This document shows positions 18,178 to 28,258 of a stretch of 64,000 nt of DNA, in pieces. The stretch lies in the NCBI GenBank assembly GCA_902602845.1, contig CACKSN010000002.1, forward strand, positions 11,303-75,302, given 5' to 3'. The notes below the pieces were generated by a model. It did not search any database. It worked only from the letters and a program-made list of their open reading frames with translations, and was not told where the DNA came from. This stretch comes from an uncultured Alphaproteobacteria bacterium (GTDB taxonomy: Bacteria > Pseudomonadota > Alphaproteobacteria > HIMB59 > GCA-002718135). Position 1 is the stretch's first letter. Each line of letters starts with the position of its first letter. The position numbers were made by a program, and so were the translations under genes.

Positions 18178-19148
18178 GTGATAAGTTAGACGTCGTTGGA
18201 ATTGGAAATGCCATGGTAGATGCCATAATTCCTTCTAATCAAAGTGAAATTGAAAAACATGAAATTAACAGAGATTCTATGAATCTTATTGATGAAAACT
18301 TAAAAAATAATTTGCATGAAAGTTATTCTATTAAAGAAATGGCTGGTGGAGGTTCCCTTGGTAACTCAATGTTTGGAATAACCTCTTTTGGCGGTAATGG
18401 AAGTTTTATTGGAAAAATTAAAAATGATGAAATTGGAGTATACCTTCAAAAAGATATGATACGGGAAGGACTAAAATTTCCATTGGGATTTACATCTCCT
18501 GATATTTCAACTGGATGTTGTACAATTTTTGTTGAAGAAGATGGTACAAGAACAATGTGTACTTTTCTTGGTGCTGGAACATTAATAGGACCGGAAGATA
18601 TAAAAGAGGATGATATTAAAAATCATAAAATCGCATATTTGGAAGGCTACTTGTGGGACAATGAAAATGCAAAAAAGGCTATGAAAAAAATGGTGGAGAT
18701 TTGCAAAGCTGATAAACAAAAAATTGCATTTACTTTATCTGATCTTTTTTGTGTTGATAGACACAGAAACTCTTTTAAAGAATTAATAACTGAGAATGTT
18801 GATATTCTTTTTGCTAACGAAGATGAAATCAAAGCAATGGCACAAACAGAAAGTTTTGAAGAAGGTCTAGAATATGCAAAATCATTAAATATAATTGCTG
18901 CTATTACTAAAGGAAGTAGTGGATCAGTTATTGTTTCTGGTAATGACATAACTGAAGTTGCTGCAAAAAAAGTAGAAAAAGTGGTAGATACAACTGGAGC
19001 TGGGGATTTATTTGCAGCTGGTTTTTTATTTGGTTACTCTAAAGGTAAAGCAATGAATGAATGTGGTAATTATGCATCAATTGCTGCTGCAGAAATTATT
19101 TCGCATTATGGTGCAAGACCTTTAGTAAAATTGTCTAGTTTAATTTAG
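18174..19148 (+). CDS. PfkB-family adenosine kinase
   Basis: GIGNAMVD, GGS, RTMCTFLGA, YLEGYLWD and DTTGAGDLFAAG motifs. Confidence 0.85.
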   Translation: MSDKLDVVGIGNAMVDAIIPSNQSEIEKHEINRDSMNLIDENLKNNLHESYSIKEMAGGGSLGNSMFGITSFGGNGSFIGKIKNDEIGVYLQKDMIREGLKFPLGFTSPDISTGCCTIFVEEDGTRTMCTFLGAGTLIGPEDIKEDDIKNHKIAYLEGYLWDNENAKKAMKKMVEICKADKQKIAFTLSDLFCVDRHRNSFKELITENVDILFANEDEIKAMAQTESFEEGLEYAKSLNIIAAITKGSSGSVIVSGNDITEVAAKKVEKVVDTTGAGDLFAAGFLFGYSKGKAMNECGNYASIAAAEIISHYGARPLVKLSSLI

Positions 19149-20115
19149 CTAATAATTTATTTTTATTTTCTTCATCACAAAAAGAATATTTAATTGCGTT
19201 ATGAGTAAGGGATGTTAGTTCCTTTTCATTTAAACCTAAATCTTCCATAACTTTGTATTCACTGTTTATCGTTGCATTAAAGAAGGGAGGGTCATCTGAG
19301 TTCACTGTTATTTTTACTCCTTGATCAAATAATGTTTTCACAGGATGATGTTTATAATCTTCATAGATCTTAGTTGCAATATTACTTGTTGGACAAGTTT
19401 CTAGAATAATATCTCTATCAATTATTTCTTTGACTAAATCAGGATCCTCTATTGATCGAACTCCATGACCTAATCTTGTTGGATGCAGAAGGTTAATAGC
19501 TTTTCTTATATTTACAGGACCATCCCATTCACCAGCATGAACAGTAATGGGAAAATTTTCTTTCTTTAACATATCAAATGTTTCAACAAATAAATTTGGA
19601 GGAAAATGAAGCTCATCCCCAGCCAAACCAAAACCAACTAAACAAGGATGAGGATTATTTAAAACTTCTCTTGCAGTTCCTTGTACTGACTCTGGTCCTA
19701 AATGTCTGATCCCATTCATTATGTAACGTGAAACAATACCAAAATCCTCTTCAGCTTTTTTGGAAGCTTCATAAACTCCTTCAATAAAAGAATGATACGT
19801 CATACCTTTTGCTTTAGCGTGAGTTGAGGAAATCATCGCTTCAACATAAATTACATTATTAGCGGCACAATCTTTTAAATATTCATAAGTTAATTCAAAA
19901 TAATCTTCTGGCGTATGTATAACAGAAGTAACTATGTCGTATTTTTTTATAAAATCATAAAAATCATCCCATTGATATGCGTATTTTGAACCAAAAATTT
20001 CTTCGGATATTTGATGATTATTTCGTTTGGCAAATTTCTTACATAAATCTGGTGTAATAGTTGCCTCTAAATGAACATGAATTTCTGCTTTTTTAACTGA
20101 ATTAAAAATATTCAT
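19135..20115 (-). CDS. add: Adenosine/adenine deaminase
   Basis: KAEIHVHLE, GLAGDE, TVHAGE, RLGHGVR, CPTSN and NSDDP motifs. Start reset to the ATG at 20115 because the longer ORF overlaps the divergent gene. Confidence 0.88.
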   Translation of the reverse strand: MNIFNSVKKAEIHVHLEATITPDLCKKFAKRNNHQISEEIFGSKYAYQWDDFYDFIKKYDIVTSVIHTPEDYFELTYEYLKDCAANNVIYVEAMISSTHAKAKGMTYHSFIEGVYEASKKAEEDFGIVSRYIMNGIRHLGPESVQGTAREVLNNPHPCLVGFGLAGDELHFPPNLFVETFDMLKKENFPITVHAGEWDGPVNIRKAINLLHPTRLGHGVRSIEDPDLVKEIIDRDIILETCPTSNIATKIYEDYKHHPVKTLFDQGVKITVNSDDPPFFNATINSEYKVMEDLGLNEKELTSLTHNAIKYSFCDEENKNKLLAKLN

Positions 20116-20144
20116 ATAAATAAAAATACCTATATAATAATAAT

Positions 20145-21056
20145 ATGGAAGCAAGAATAAACCGAAGAAGCTTTGTTTTTGGCGCAAGTTGTTCTTTATG
20201 TGGTTCATTGATTTTACCATCTTGTACACAAGTGCCATTAACAAATCGAAGTCAGCTAAATTTATATGATAGTAACTTGCCTATAATTTTAATGGGTGGT
20301 GGTGTAGCTGGTCTTCCAAAAATTTATCCAAATGAAAGAGCTCTAAATCAAGAAGTTGATAAAACATATTCAAGATTTTTATCAAAGGCAAAAGAAGATA
20401 AAATTCTTTTAGATAACACGGATGAATCAAAAAAAATTGAAGAAATAGGAACAGAAATTTATACCTCTTTAGATACATATTATCTAAATAAGCGTGAAAA
20501 AAATCCAGTAGAAAATTTTAATTGGCAATTTGCTCTAATTGAATCTGATACAAAAAATGCTTGGTGTATGCCTGGTGGTAAAATTGCTTTCTATACTGGA
20601 ATACTTCCTGTTTGTAAAAATGATGATGGAATTGCAGCTGTCATGGGACATGAAATTGCGCATGCATTTGCTAGACATACAGTAGAAAAATTAACTCAAG
20701 CATCTATGATTCAAATGGCAACTATTGGAATATCACGAACTAGATACGCAGAACTTTTAAACAAATCTTTAAGAGTAGGTAACGTAGGTGGTAATGTTTA
20801 CAACTCAGTCGTCAAGTATGGAATTTTTCTTCCTTTTAGTAGAAAAATGGAAAGTGAAGCTGATTATTTAGGTATGGGATTTATGAATCTTGCAGGATTT
20901 AATATTAAAGAACCCGCTAAACTATGGCAAAGAATGATGGCAGGTCAAGAGGGAAGAGTGCCTGAATTTATGGGATCACATCCAAGTCCTGATAATAGAT
21001 CTAAAAAGTTTATTGAATGGGAAAGTGAAATTATAGATAAATTTCCTCAAGTTTAA
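20145..21056 (+). CDS. M48 family metallopeptidase (LoiP/YfgC-like), likely exported lipoprotein
   Basis: NAWCMPGGK, HEIAH, FSRKMESEAD and SHP motifs; RRSF near the N-terminus and a lipobox-like LPSC. Confidence 0.85.
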   Translation: MEARINRRSFVFGASCSLCGSLILPSCTQVPLTNRSQLNLYDSNLPIILMGGGVAGLPKIYPNERALNQEVDKTYSRFLSKAKEDKILLDNTDESKKIEEIGTEIYTSLDTYYLNKREKNPVENFNWQFALIESDTKNAWCMPGGKIAFYTGILPVCKNDDGIAAVMGHEIAHAFARHTVEKLTQASMIQMATIGISRTRYAELLNKSLRVGNVGGNVYNSVVKYGIFLPFSRKMESEADYLGMGFMNLAGFNIKEPAKLWQRMMAGQEGRVPEFMGSHPSPDNRSKKFIEWESEIIDKFPQV

Positions 21057-21077
21057 TTTTAGTGTAATAGGTATTTT

Positions 21078-22124
21078 ATGATTGCTGTTGAAGTTAAAGA
21101 TCTTACTCACTCTATTAGTAATAAAAAAATTTTAAATAATATTAATTTTAATCTCAATAAAGATAGTATCTCTTGTATTTTGGGACCGTCAGGTAGTGGA
21201 AAAACTACTTTATTAAAGCTTATAGCAGGTCTTGAAAAAGTACAGTCAGGTAAAATTATTATTAATGGTGAAGAAGTAAGCAGTACAGCAAAACACTTAC
21301 CTACAGAAAAAAGAAAAATTGGTTTTTTATTTCAAGATTACGCTTTATTCCCGCATTTGACAGTAAAAGAAAATTTGAGATTTCCAACTAATGCTAAAAA
21401 TTCAACTAATAATGTTGATGAAATTATTGAATTAATAAAATTACCAAATTCACTAGATAAATACCCACACGAGTTAAGTGGTGGTGAACAACAGAGAGTT
21501 GCTCTTGCACGATCTATAATTTCACAACCCGATTTACTATTATTAGATGAACCTTTTTCAAGTTTGGATTTAAGCCTTCGAGAGGAGGTGAGAGATGATA
21601 CGCTGCATCTTTTACAAAAATCAAATGTGTCTGTAATTATAGTCACTCATGATCCTTTCGAAGCAATGTTTATCTCAAATCATATAAATATTTTTGATAA
21701 ATCAGGTTCGATTGTGCAGTCAGGAACTCCAAATGATCTCTATAACAATCCAAAAAATTCATATGTTACAGGTTTTTTTGGTGAAACAAATAAATTTGAA
21801 GGTGTCGTTAAAGAATCTCATATTTACACACCGGTTGGGAAAATTAAAACACCTGGAAATTTAGAAGGTGAAAAAGTTGTAGTACACATAAGACCCCAAG
21901 GTATAAAACTCAACAAACAACCAACGCCAGTTAATGGAATTAAGGGAACCGTTATGGCATCAAAATTAATGGGGTCATTTAGTTTTATCCATTTATCTGT
22001 GTTAGATAATAATAATGAAGTTGTTCATGTTCATAGCCACATGCCTGCTGACTTTAATCCAAAACAATCGTCTGCAGTCGAGATAGAAATTGATAATGAT
22101 CAGGCTTACATATTTAAGAATTAA
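21078..22124 (+). CDS. fbpC: Fe3+ ABC transporter ATP-binding protein
   Basis: GPSGSGKTT, FQDYALFPH and LSGGEQQR motifs; converges on the Fe3+ permease. Confidence 0.8.
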   Translation: MIAVEVKDLTHSISNKKILNNINFNLNKDSISCILGPSGSGKTTLLKLIAGLEKVQSGKIIINGEEVSSTAKHLPTEKRKIGFLFQDYALFPHLTVKENLRFPTNAKNSTNNVDEIIELIKLPNSLDKYPHELSGGEQQRVALARSIISQPDLLLLDEPFSSLDLSLREEVRDDTLHLLQKSNVSVIIVTHDPFEAMFISNHINIFDKSGSIVQSGTPNDLYNNPKNSYVTGFFGETNKFEGVVKESHIYTPVGKIKTPGNLEGEKVVVHIRPQGIKLNKQPTPVNGIKGTVMASKLMGSFSFIHLSVLDNNNEVVHVHSHMPADFNPKQSSAVEIEIDNDQAYIFKN

Positions 22125-22127
22125 GTT

Positions 22128-23723
22128 TTAGTTTTTTATTGATTTAGTAATTGTTCTGTTAAGAAAAATTACCGGTCCTAATCCAGCAATAATGATAATT
22201 AGAGCTGCAAATGCTGACTCCTCCAACATTTCATCAGAGGCATATTGATAAACATAGGTTGCTAGTGTCTCAAAATTAAATGGTCTTAATAAAAGAGTTA
22301 TTGGAAGTTCTTTTAAGATGTCTACGAAAACTAATATTCCTCCAACTAATAAATTTGTATACAGCAAGGGTAATATAATTTTTCTTATACTTTTGAAAAA
22401 ACTAACACCCATTGTTCTTGATGCATCTAATAAGTTCGGATGAATTCTTGAAATACCTGATGTAATGGCTCCATTACCAACAGCTAAAAATCTTATACTA
22501 TACGCAAATAATAAAATTATAAATCCACCAACAGCATAACTCATACGAAAATAAATTAAATCATTAAGCCACCCAACAAATACCACTATTCCAACAGCAA
22601 GAATTGTTCCTGGAAAAGCATAACCAGAAGAAGCAAAAAATATTAAAATTTTTTGGAAATTATTTGATTTATATACTCCGACTATAATCATTAATAAAGA
22701 GAGCAACATAATGAATGATGAAGAAATAAATGCTAAAGATATGCTTGATAGTGTTATTTGAAAAATCTCAATAAAATTTATTATAGAATAACCTTTAATT
22801 ACAAAATTCAATAAAATTGAAACAGGTATTATAAAACCAAGACTTAAAGGTATTAGGCAAATTAAAAACAATAAAGAATTTTTAAGACTAGAAACTGTTT
22901 GGGTTGGTGTATAAGATGCACCACTGTACTTTTCATGAAATTTTCTGCTACGCCTACCCAAATACTCTAAAGTTAAAAGTACTATTACAATCATAAATAA
23001 AATACTAGAAATCTGTGATGCGCCAGATAGACTATTCATTCCTAGCCAAACATTAAATACACCTAAGGTTAATGTTTCAATTGCAAAATAATCAACTGTC
23101 CCAAAATCAGAAATTGTTTCCATTAGTACTAAGGCCAAACCAGCGATTATACCTGGACGACCAAATGGAATAGCAACATTGAAGAAGGAATTCCTTCCAT
23201 AAATAGAACTAGTTTGAAAAAAAGATATAGGTGTCGTTATAAATGATGCTCTAGTCATTAAATACACATATGGATACAGTACAGAAGACATTACCAAAAT
23301 TGCACCTCCCATTGATCGCACATTTGGAAACCAATAATCTTTCGAACTCGTCCAACCAAAGATGTCTCTTAATAATGATTGAAGAGGACCAGCATATTCA
23401 AAAAAGTCAGTATAAGTATAGGCAATAATATAAGCTGGGACAGCAGCTGGTAATAATAACATCCATTCAAAAAATTTTTTCCCAAAAAAATTATATCTTG
23501 TCACTATCCAAGCAGTAGTCAAACCAAAGACTAAACTTAATCCTCCAACACCAAACATTAGAATTATTGTATTGGTGAGATATCTGGGCAAAACAGTAGA
23601 AAATAGATGTGGCCACAGTGATGTATCGCCTAAGATCGCGTAATAAAATATTGAAAAAATAGGGGCGATAATTACTAGAGCAATTATCGCCACAGAATTG
23701 GACCATAAATTAAAATTTATCAA
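22128..23723 (-). CDS. fbpB: Fe3+ ABC transporter permease
   Basis: Duplicated permease with LYPYVY, METISDFGTV and KELPITLLLRPFNFETLA. Confidence 0.88.
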   Translation of the reverse strand: MINFNLWSNSVAIIALVIIAPIFSIFYYAILGDTSLWPHLFSTVLPRYLTNTIILMFGVGGLSLVFGLTTAWIVTRYNFFGKKFFEWMLLLPAAVPAYIIAYTYTDFFEYAGPLQSLLRDIFGWTSSKDYWFPNVRSMGGAILVMSSVLYPYVYLMTRASFITTPISFFQTSSIYGRNSFFNVAIPFGRPGIIAGLALVLMETISDFGTVDYFAIETLTLGVFNVWLGMNSLSGASQISSILFMIVIVLLTLEYLGRRSRKFHEKYSGASYTPTQTVSSLKNSLLFLICLIPLSLGFIIPVSILLNFVIKGYSIINFIEIFQITLSSISLAFISSSFIMLLSLLMIIVGVYKSNNFQKILIFFASSGYAFPGTILAVGIVVFVGWLNDLIYFRMSYAVGGFIILLFAYSIRFLAVGNGAITSGISRIHPNLLDASRTMGVSFFKSIRKIILPLLYTNLLVGGILVFVDILKELPITLLLRPFNFETLATYVYQYASDEMLEESAFAALIIIIAGLGPVIFLNRTITKSIKN

Positions 23724-23740
23724 AACAGTTAACCTATAAT

Positions 23741-24754
23741 TTACCAGCCTACTCTATCAATGATTTTCTGAGCTACGGGAGCAAGTTCTGCAAGTTTTTC
23801 AACAGGCAGTTTATCTTCTTTAAACTCGCCCCATGATTTTAACTCATCAGTTAATTGCATATCTGGATTAACCGGATATTCATAGTTTATAGAACTGTAA
23901 AGGACTTGTGCTTTTGGCTGAGTCAGAAATTCAAGTAGTGCAATCGCATTGTCTTTATTTTTAGAGTACTTAATTACACCTCCGCCAGCAACGTTAATGT
24001 GATTCCCTCTGTCTTCTTGATTAGTAAAAACTAACTCTATTGATTTAGCCCACTCTTTTTGTTCTGCATTCTTTTCATTAAATTTCATTTTTCCAAAATA
24101 ATAGGTATTCATTACAGCAATATCACAGACACCTTCATAAATTGCTTTTGCTTGAGCTCTGTCATTACCCTCAGGTTTACGTGCTAAATTTGCAACAACG
24201 CCTGCAGCCCATTCTTCAGCAATAACTTCACCATTTGCAGCAATAATTGAAGCTAAAAGTGATCTATTGTAGTCATGGCTACCAGGTCTTGTACAAATTT
24301 TACCTTTCCATTTTGGATCAGATAAATCTTCTATTCTTTTAATTGAGTCTGTAGATACTCTTTCTTTTGATATTGCAACAATTCTAGCTCTCTTTGAAAG
24401 TGCAAACCATTTATTATTACTGTCTCTTAAATGATTTGGAATATTCATATTCAAAATATCTGAGTTAATTGGTTGCAAAATATCTTTTTCGACAAATTGG
24501 TTTAACCTTGCTATATCAACTGTTAATACCAAGTCAGCAGGTGTATCTTCACCTTCAGCTAAAACTCTTTCTAGTAATCCTTTTTTTGCATGTAAAACAT
24601 TTACCTCTATGCCAGTCGATTTTGTAAATTCCTCAAAGAAAGGATCTATTAAAATCGGCTGCCTGTAAGAATAAACATTAACCTCTTTGGCAAACAATTT
24701 TAGTGAAATGGTAGATGCAATTAGTATCAATAGTAATCTAAAAATAATTTTCAT
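23741..24754 (-). CDS. fbpA: Fe3+ ABC transporter substrate-binding protein (FutA/FbpA-like)
   Basis: VNVYSYRQ, RARI, YNRSL, GNDRAQ, NTYY and NYEYP motifs. Start reset to MKIIF (24754) after AAGAAGG. Confidence 0.9.
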   Translation of the reverse strand: MKIIFRLLLILIASTISLKLFAKEVNVYSYRQPILIDPFFEEFTKSTGIEVNVLHAKKGLLERVLAEGEDTPADLVLTVDIARLNQFVEKDILQPINSDILNMNIPNHLRDSNNKWFALSKRARIVAISKERVSTDSIKRIEDLSDPKWKGKICTRPGSHDYNRSLLASIIAANGEVIAEEWAAGVVANLARKPEGNDRAQAKAIYEGVCDIAVMNTYYFGKMKFNEKNAEQKEWAKSIELVFTNQEDRGNHINVAGGGVIKYSKNKDNAIALLEFLTQPKAQVLYSSINYEYPVNPDMQLTDELKSWGEFKEDKLPVEKLAELAPVAQKIIDRVGW

Positions 24755-24914
24755 ATAACCTTCTTTTTTTGTGGAGATAATAAATATCTCCACGTTCTAT
24801 GATTAAGAATCTTATTAAAAATTATCAGAATACGAATGAAGATCTATATAAATTTTTTTTTAATATCAGTGTTGTTAAAATTCATAAAGTTAGATTTATT
24901 CTAAATTTAAAGTT

Positions 24915-24941
24915 AAAAATGTTGGGGCCACTTTGGGCCCC
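24915..24941 (-). terminator. Intrinsic terminator of ibpA
   Basis: Minus strand reads GGGGCC-CAAAGT-GGCCCC then AACATTTTT, just after the stop at 24951. Confidence 0.7.
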
Positions 24942-24950
24942 TATCCAAAA

Positions 24951-25388
24951 CTACTTTATTGAAATAAGTCTAGCCTTTTTTTCTTCTGGAATAATTCTCT
25001 CCAAATCAATCGCTAAAAGTCCATTTTTCAATTCAGCATCTTTAACTTTGATGTCTTCTGAAATTGTGAACGATCTTTCAAACTGTCTTGTTGAGATTCC
25101 TTTATGAATTACACCATTACCATTTTCATTAACCACTTTTTCTTTAGGTTTATTTCTAACAGTTAGGTTGTTTTCTTTTAATTCAATCTCAATATCTTCC
25201 TTACTATATCCTGCAAGAGCAACTTCAATTTTATAGTTATGCTCATCAACTCTATGAATATTGTAAGGTGGATAATTTGTATTATATCGTTCTGTAGACT
25301 CTAACATTCTATCAAATTCATCAAAAATTGAGTCAAATCCGACAGAGAATGGTCTTAGAGAATTCCAAACGGATAGGTTTCTAGTCAT
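24951..25388 (-). CDS. ibpA: Small heat-shock protein Hsp20 (class A)
   Basis: SVGFD, YPPYNI, VALAGY, HKGISTRQFERSF and NGLLAIDLERIIPEEKK motifs. Start at 25388 after AAGGAG. Confidence 0.92.
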   Translation of the reverse strand: MTRNLSVWNSLRPFSVGFDSIFDEFDRMLESTERYNTNYPPYNIHRVDEHNYKIEVALAGYSKEDIEIELKENNLTVRNKPKEKVVNENGNGVIHKGISTRQFERSFTISEDIKVKDAELKNGLLAIDLERIIPEEKKARLISIK

Positions 25389-25446
25389 AATAACTCCTTT
25401 ATTAAGCAAGTTTCTTGTCCGCACCCACAATGGCATACAGACAATA
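25386..25446 (-). promoter_or_regulatory. ROSE-like RNA thermometer in the ibpA 5' UTR
   Basis: A 5' hairpin TTGTC...GACAA is followed by AACTTGCTT-AAT-AAAGGAGTT, where the U(U/C)GCU motif pairs with the AGGA Shine-Dalgarno. Confidence 0.7.
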
Positions 25447-25449
25447 ATA

Positions 25450-25477
25450 ATGTGGGGATGATTGTGTTTAATTCAAG
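25450..25477 (-). promoter_or_regulatory. Sigma32 (RpoH) promoter of ibpA
   Basis: Minus strand CTTGAA-N14-CCCCACAT. Confidence 0.75.
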
Positions 25478-25483
25478 TCTTTA

Positions 25484-26140
25484 TTATTTTTTTCTTATAA
25501 ACGATAATCCATCAGATAATGGCAAAAGAGAGAATTCCACTCTTGTGTCATTTTGTATTTTTAAATTTAAATCACGGATAGTTTTTGTTTGAGAGTCTTG
25601 TTTAGTTTCGTCAGCAACATCACCGTGCCAAAGCATATTATCAATAATTATTATTCCATTTGAAACTAATAGGTTTAGCGATAGTTCGTAATAATTTGGA
25701 TAATTATTCTTATCAGCATCTATAAAAATTAAATCATAACTTTGTTGACGATCTATCATGCTTTGCATTACCTCAACACCATCTCCAATAATCGATTCAA
25801 TTTTTGAACTTATATTATCTAATTCCCAATATTTTTTTGCTAAGGGTAAAAATTCATCTGAATTATCAACAGTTACAATTTTTCCTGATTCAGGTAGACC
25901 TCTAGCCAAAAACAAAGTACTCATCCCTGTAAATCTTCCAATTTCTAAACAATTTTTAGCATTAGAAATTTTAGTTATCACTTCTAAAAACTGACCTTGT
26001 TCTTTTGCAATCTGCATTTGTGAAACACTGCCAAGTTTTAAAGTTTCATTTTCTAGTTCACTAATTATTTTATCTTCTCTGTAACCTACGGTTTGTAAAT
26101 ATTGAACAAGTGCTTCATTAATTTCAGTTTGGGTACTCAT
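25484..26140 (-). CDS. Class I O-methyltransferase (caffeoyl-CoA OMT family)
   Basis: MQIAKEQGQFL, LEIGRFTG, FIDADK and DNMLWHG motifs. Confidence 0.88.
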   Translation of the reverse strand: MSTQTEINEALVQYLQTVGYREDKIISELENETLKLGSVSQMQIAKEQGQFLEVITKISNAKNCLEIGRFTGMSTLFLARGLPESGKIVTVDNSDEFLPLAKKYWELDNISSKIESIIGDGVEVMQSMIDRQQSYDLIFIDADKNNYPNYYELSLNLLVSNGIIIIDNMLWHGDVADETKQDSQTKTIRDLNLKIQNDTRVEFSLLPLSDGLSFIRKK

Positions 26141-27450
26141 TAGTTTATGGTTTCAAATATTTCAGATAGTTTGTGAGTTTTTTTATCTGAAATGATGAAA
26201 CAACTTTGTATTTTATTTATTAAATTATCATCTATATTTTTATTTGAGTATAAACTTAATAAAGGAGTTGAGGAATTCACTTCATCACCAATATTGAGTA
26301 CATTATCATATCCAATTCCGTAATCTATTTTATCGGTAACCTGTTTTCTTCCACCCCCTAGTTCAATAAGTATAAGGCCTAATTCTCTGGTATGAATTTT
26401 TTCTATCCAGCCTTGTTCACTAGAAAATACATCTTTACGAACTGAAGTATTTATTAAATCTTTTTCATAAGATGATAAAATATTTTTTGGTCCACCCAAG
26501 GCCGCAACCATCATTTCAAATTTTTCTGCAGCTAGTCCATTATTAATAACCGTATTAATTTTATTATAAGCCTCTTCTTTAGAAATTTTATAAATGTTTA
26601 CTAATAGCGAAGATATTAATTCATTAGTGATCTTTTCTAATCGGTGATCTTTAAAATCATTTTTAATATATTTTATGCATTCTAATATCTCTAGTGTATG
26701 ACCAGCACTTTTACCTAAGACCTGGTTCATATCTGTTAATATAGCTTCGCAATGTAAACCTGCTCCTTTAGCAACTCTTACTAAGGAGTTGGATAAATCT
26801 CTTGCTATATCAATAGTGCTATTAAATGATCCATTACCAACTTTTACATCAAGTACTAAAGATGAAAGACCACTTGCAATTTTTTTTGAAAGAATAGATG
26901 ATGTTATTAAAGGTAAAGATTCAACAGTACCTACAATATCTCTTATAGAATATAATTTTTTATCAGCTGGTGCTAAGTTAGAGGTTTGACCGATAATTGC
27001 ACAACCAACGTCTTTTACAACTTTTTTAAAAGTCTCTAAATCAGGCTTTGTATTGTACCCAGGTATCGAATCAAATTTATCTAGGGTACCGCCGGTATGA
27101 CCTAAACCTCTACCTGAAATCATAGGTACATACAGTCCACAAGCTGCAAGTATTGGCGCTAATATAACGCTCGTCTTGTCTCCAACACCACCAGTTGAGT
27201 GCTTATCACAAACCAACTCAGAATCTACAATCTCAGACCAATTAAGTGTATCACCAGAGTTTGTCATCGCCTCAGTCAAACAAACAGTTTCTTCAGGAGT
27301 CATTCCATTTGCAAATATTGCCATGCTCATTGCTGCAATTTGCGCATCTGAAAAAGATCCATTGGTTAAACCGTCTACAAAAAAGTTGATGTCTTCTTTT
27401 GATAGATCTTGGCTGTCTCTTTTTTTTCTAATTATTTCTTGAGGTATCAT
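26140..27450 (-). CDS. deoA: Thymidine/pyrimidine-nucleoside phosphorylase
   Basis: PQEIIRKKRD, DKHSTGGVGD, SGRGLGHTGGTLDK, SILSKK and DVKVGNG motifs. Confidence 0.92.
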   Translation of the reverse strand: MIPQEIIRKKRDSQDLSKEDINFFVDGLTNGSFSDAQIAAMSMAIFANGMTPEETVCLTEAMTNSGDTLNWSEIVDSELVCDKHSTGGVGDKTSVILAPILAACGLYVPMISGRGLGHTGGTLDKFDSIPGYNTKPDLETFKKVVKDVGCAIIGQTSNLAPADKKLYSIRDIVGTVESLPLITSSILSKKIASGLSSLVLDVKVGNGSFNSTIDIARDLSNSLVRVAKGAGLHCEAILTDMNQVLGKSAGHTLEILECIKYIKNDFKDHRLEKITNELISSLLVNIYKISKEEAYNKINTVINNGLAAEKFEMMVAALGGPKNILSSYEKDLINTSVRKDVFSSEQGWIEKIHTRELGLILIELGGGRKQVTDKIDYGIGYDNVLNIGDEVNSSTPLLSLYSNKNIDDNLINKIQSCFIISDKKTHKLSEIFETIN

Positions 27451-28258
27451 CGAATTGAACTTCTTGTATAAATTGTTTAATTAAATTTAAAACATTGTTC
27501 TCTGCTAAACTTGCATTCTCTAAAGTTTCTTGATGACTTAATTTTGTTTTATTCATACCAGCAGCTAAGTTGGTAATTACACTGATGCCAATAACAGGAA
27601 GTCCGCAATGATTAGCAACTAAAACTTCTGGTACCGTAGACATTCCAACAGCATTTCCACCTATTACTTTTAAGGCATTGATTTCAGCAGGTGTTTCAAA
27701 ATTTGGTCCTGAGTACATACAATAAATACCTTCATAAATTTTTTGATCTATTTTTTTAGCGACTTGAATTAACTGATCTCTATAAAACTTATGATACCCA
27801 TCACTCATGTCATGAAAGCGAGGGCCATACTTTTCAGCATTAGGTCCAATAAGTGGATTGAAACCACTCCAGTTAATGTGATCCTTAATTGCCATCAGAC
27901 TGCCAGCCGGCATAGCTTCATCTAAACTGCCTGCTGCATTTGTAACAATTAATAACTTAGACCCAATGTCTTTTAAAACTCTTATAGGTGAAGCCAAGCT
28001 TTGAGGATTGTGTCCTTCATAAATATGGGATCTTCCATACATACAAACAACATTTAAAGTATTTATTTTTCCTAAAACTAATTTACCGGCATGACCTTTA
28101 ACAGTTGGCTGTGGAAAGTCAGCTAACTGTTCATATGAGATTGATTCTTGAATATCTTTTTCTTCAAAAAAATTAGTTAGTCCACTTCCTAAAATTACGG
28201 CAATATCGGGTGAAGTATTATTTGTTATTTCTAAAAATTTTTTGGCTGAAGATAGCAT
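27428..28258 (-). CDS. punA: Purine-nucleoside phosphorylase (trimeric PunA/XapA type)
   Basis: LGSGL, GHAG, GRSHIYEG, TNAAG, GPNFETPAE and VGMSTVPE motifs. Confidence 0.9.
   Translation of the reverse strand: MLSSAKKFLEITNNTSPDIAVILGSGLTNFFEEKDIQESISYEQLADFPQPTVKGHAGKLVLGKINTLNVVCMYGRSHIYEGHNPQSLASPIRVLKDIGSKLLIVTNAAGSLDEAMPAGSLMAIKDHINWSGFNPLIGPNAEKYGPRFHDMSDGYHKFYRDQLIQVAKKIDQKIYEGIYCMYSGPNFETPAEINALKVIGGNAVGMSTVPEVLVANHCGLPVIGISVITNLAAGMNKTKLSHQETLENASLAENNVLNLIKQFIQEVQFDDTSRNN

Noticed and set aside
20116-20244. N-terminal extensions in the ORF track for add (also fbpA, ibpA, pseudoazurin, the 45347 gene and DUF2244)
   Set aside because: The extensions overlap neighbouring genes or regulatory elements; downstream ATGs fit family starts or have clear RBSs.
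24799-25107. 102-aa plus-strand ORF between fbpA and ibpA
   Set aside because: It overlaps ibpA antisense, runs through the ibpA terminator and has no recognisable domain.
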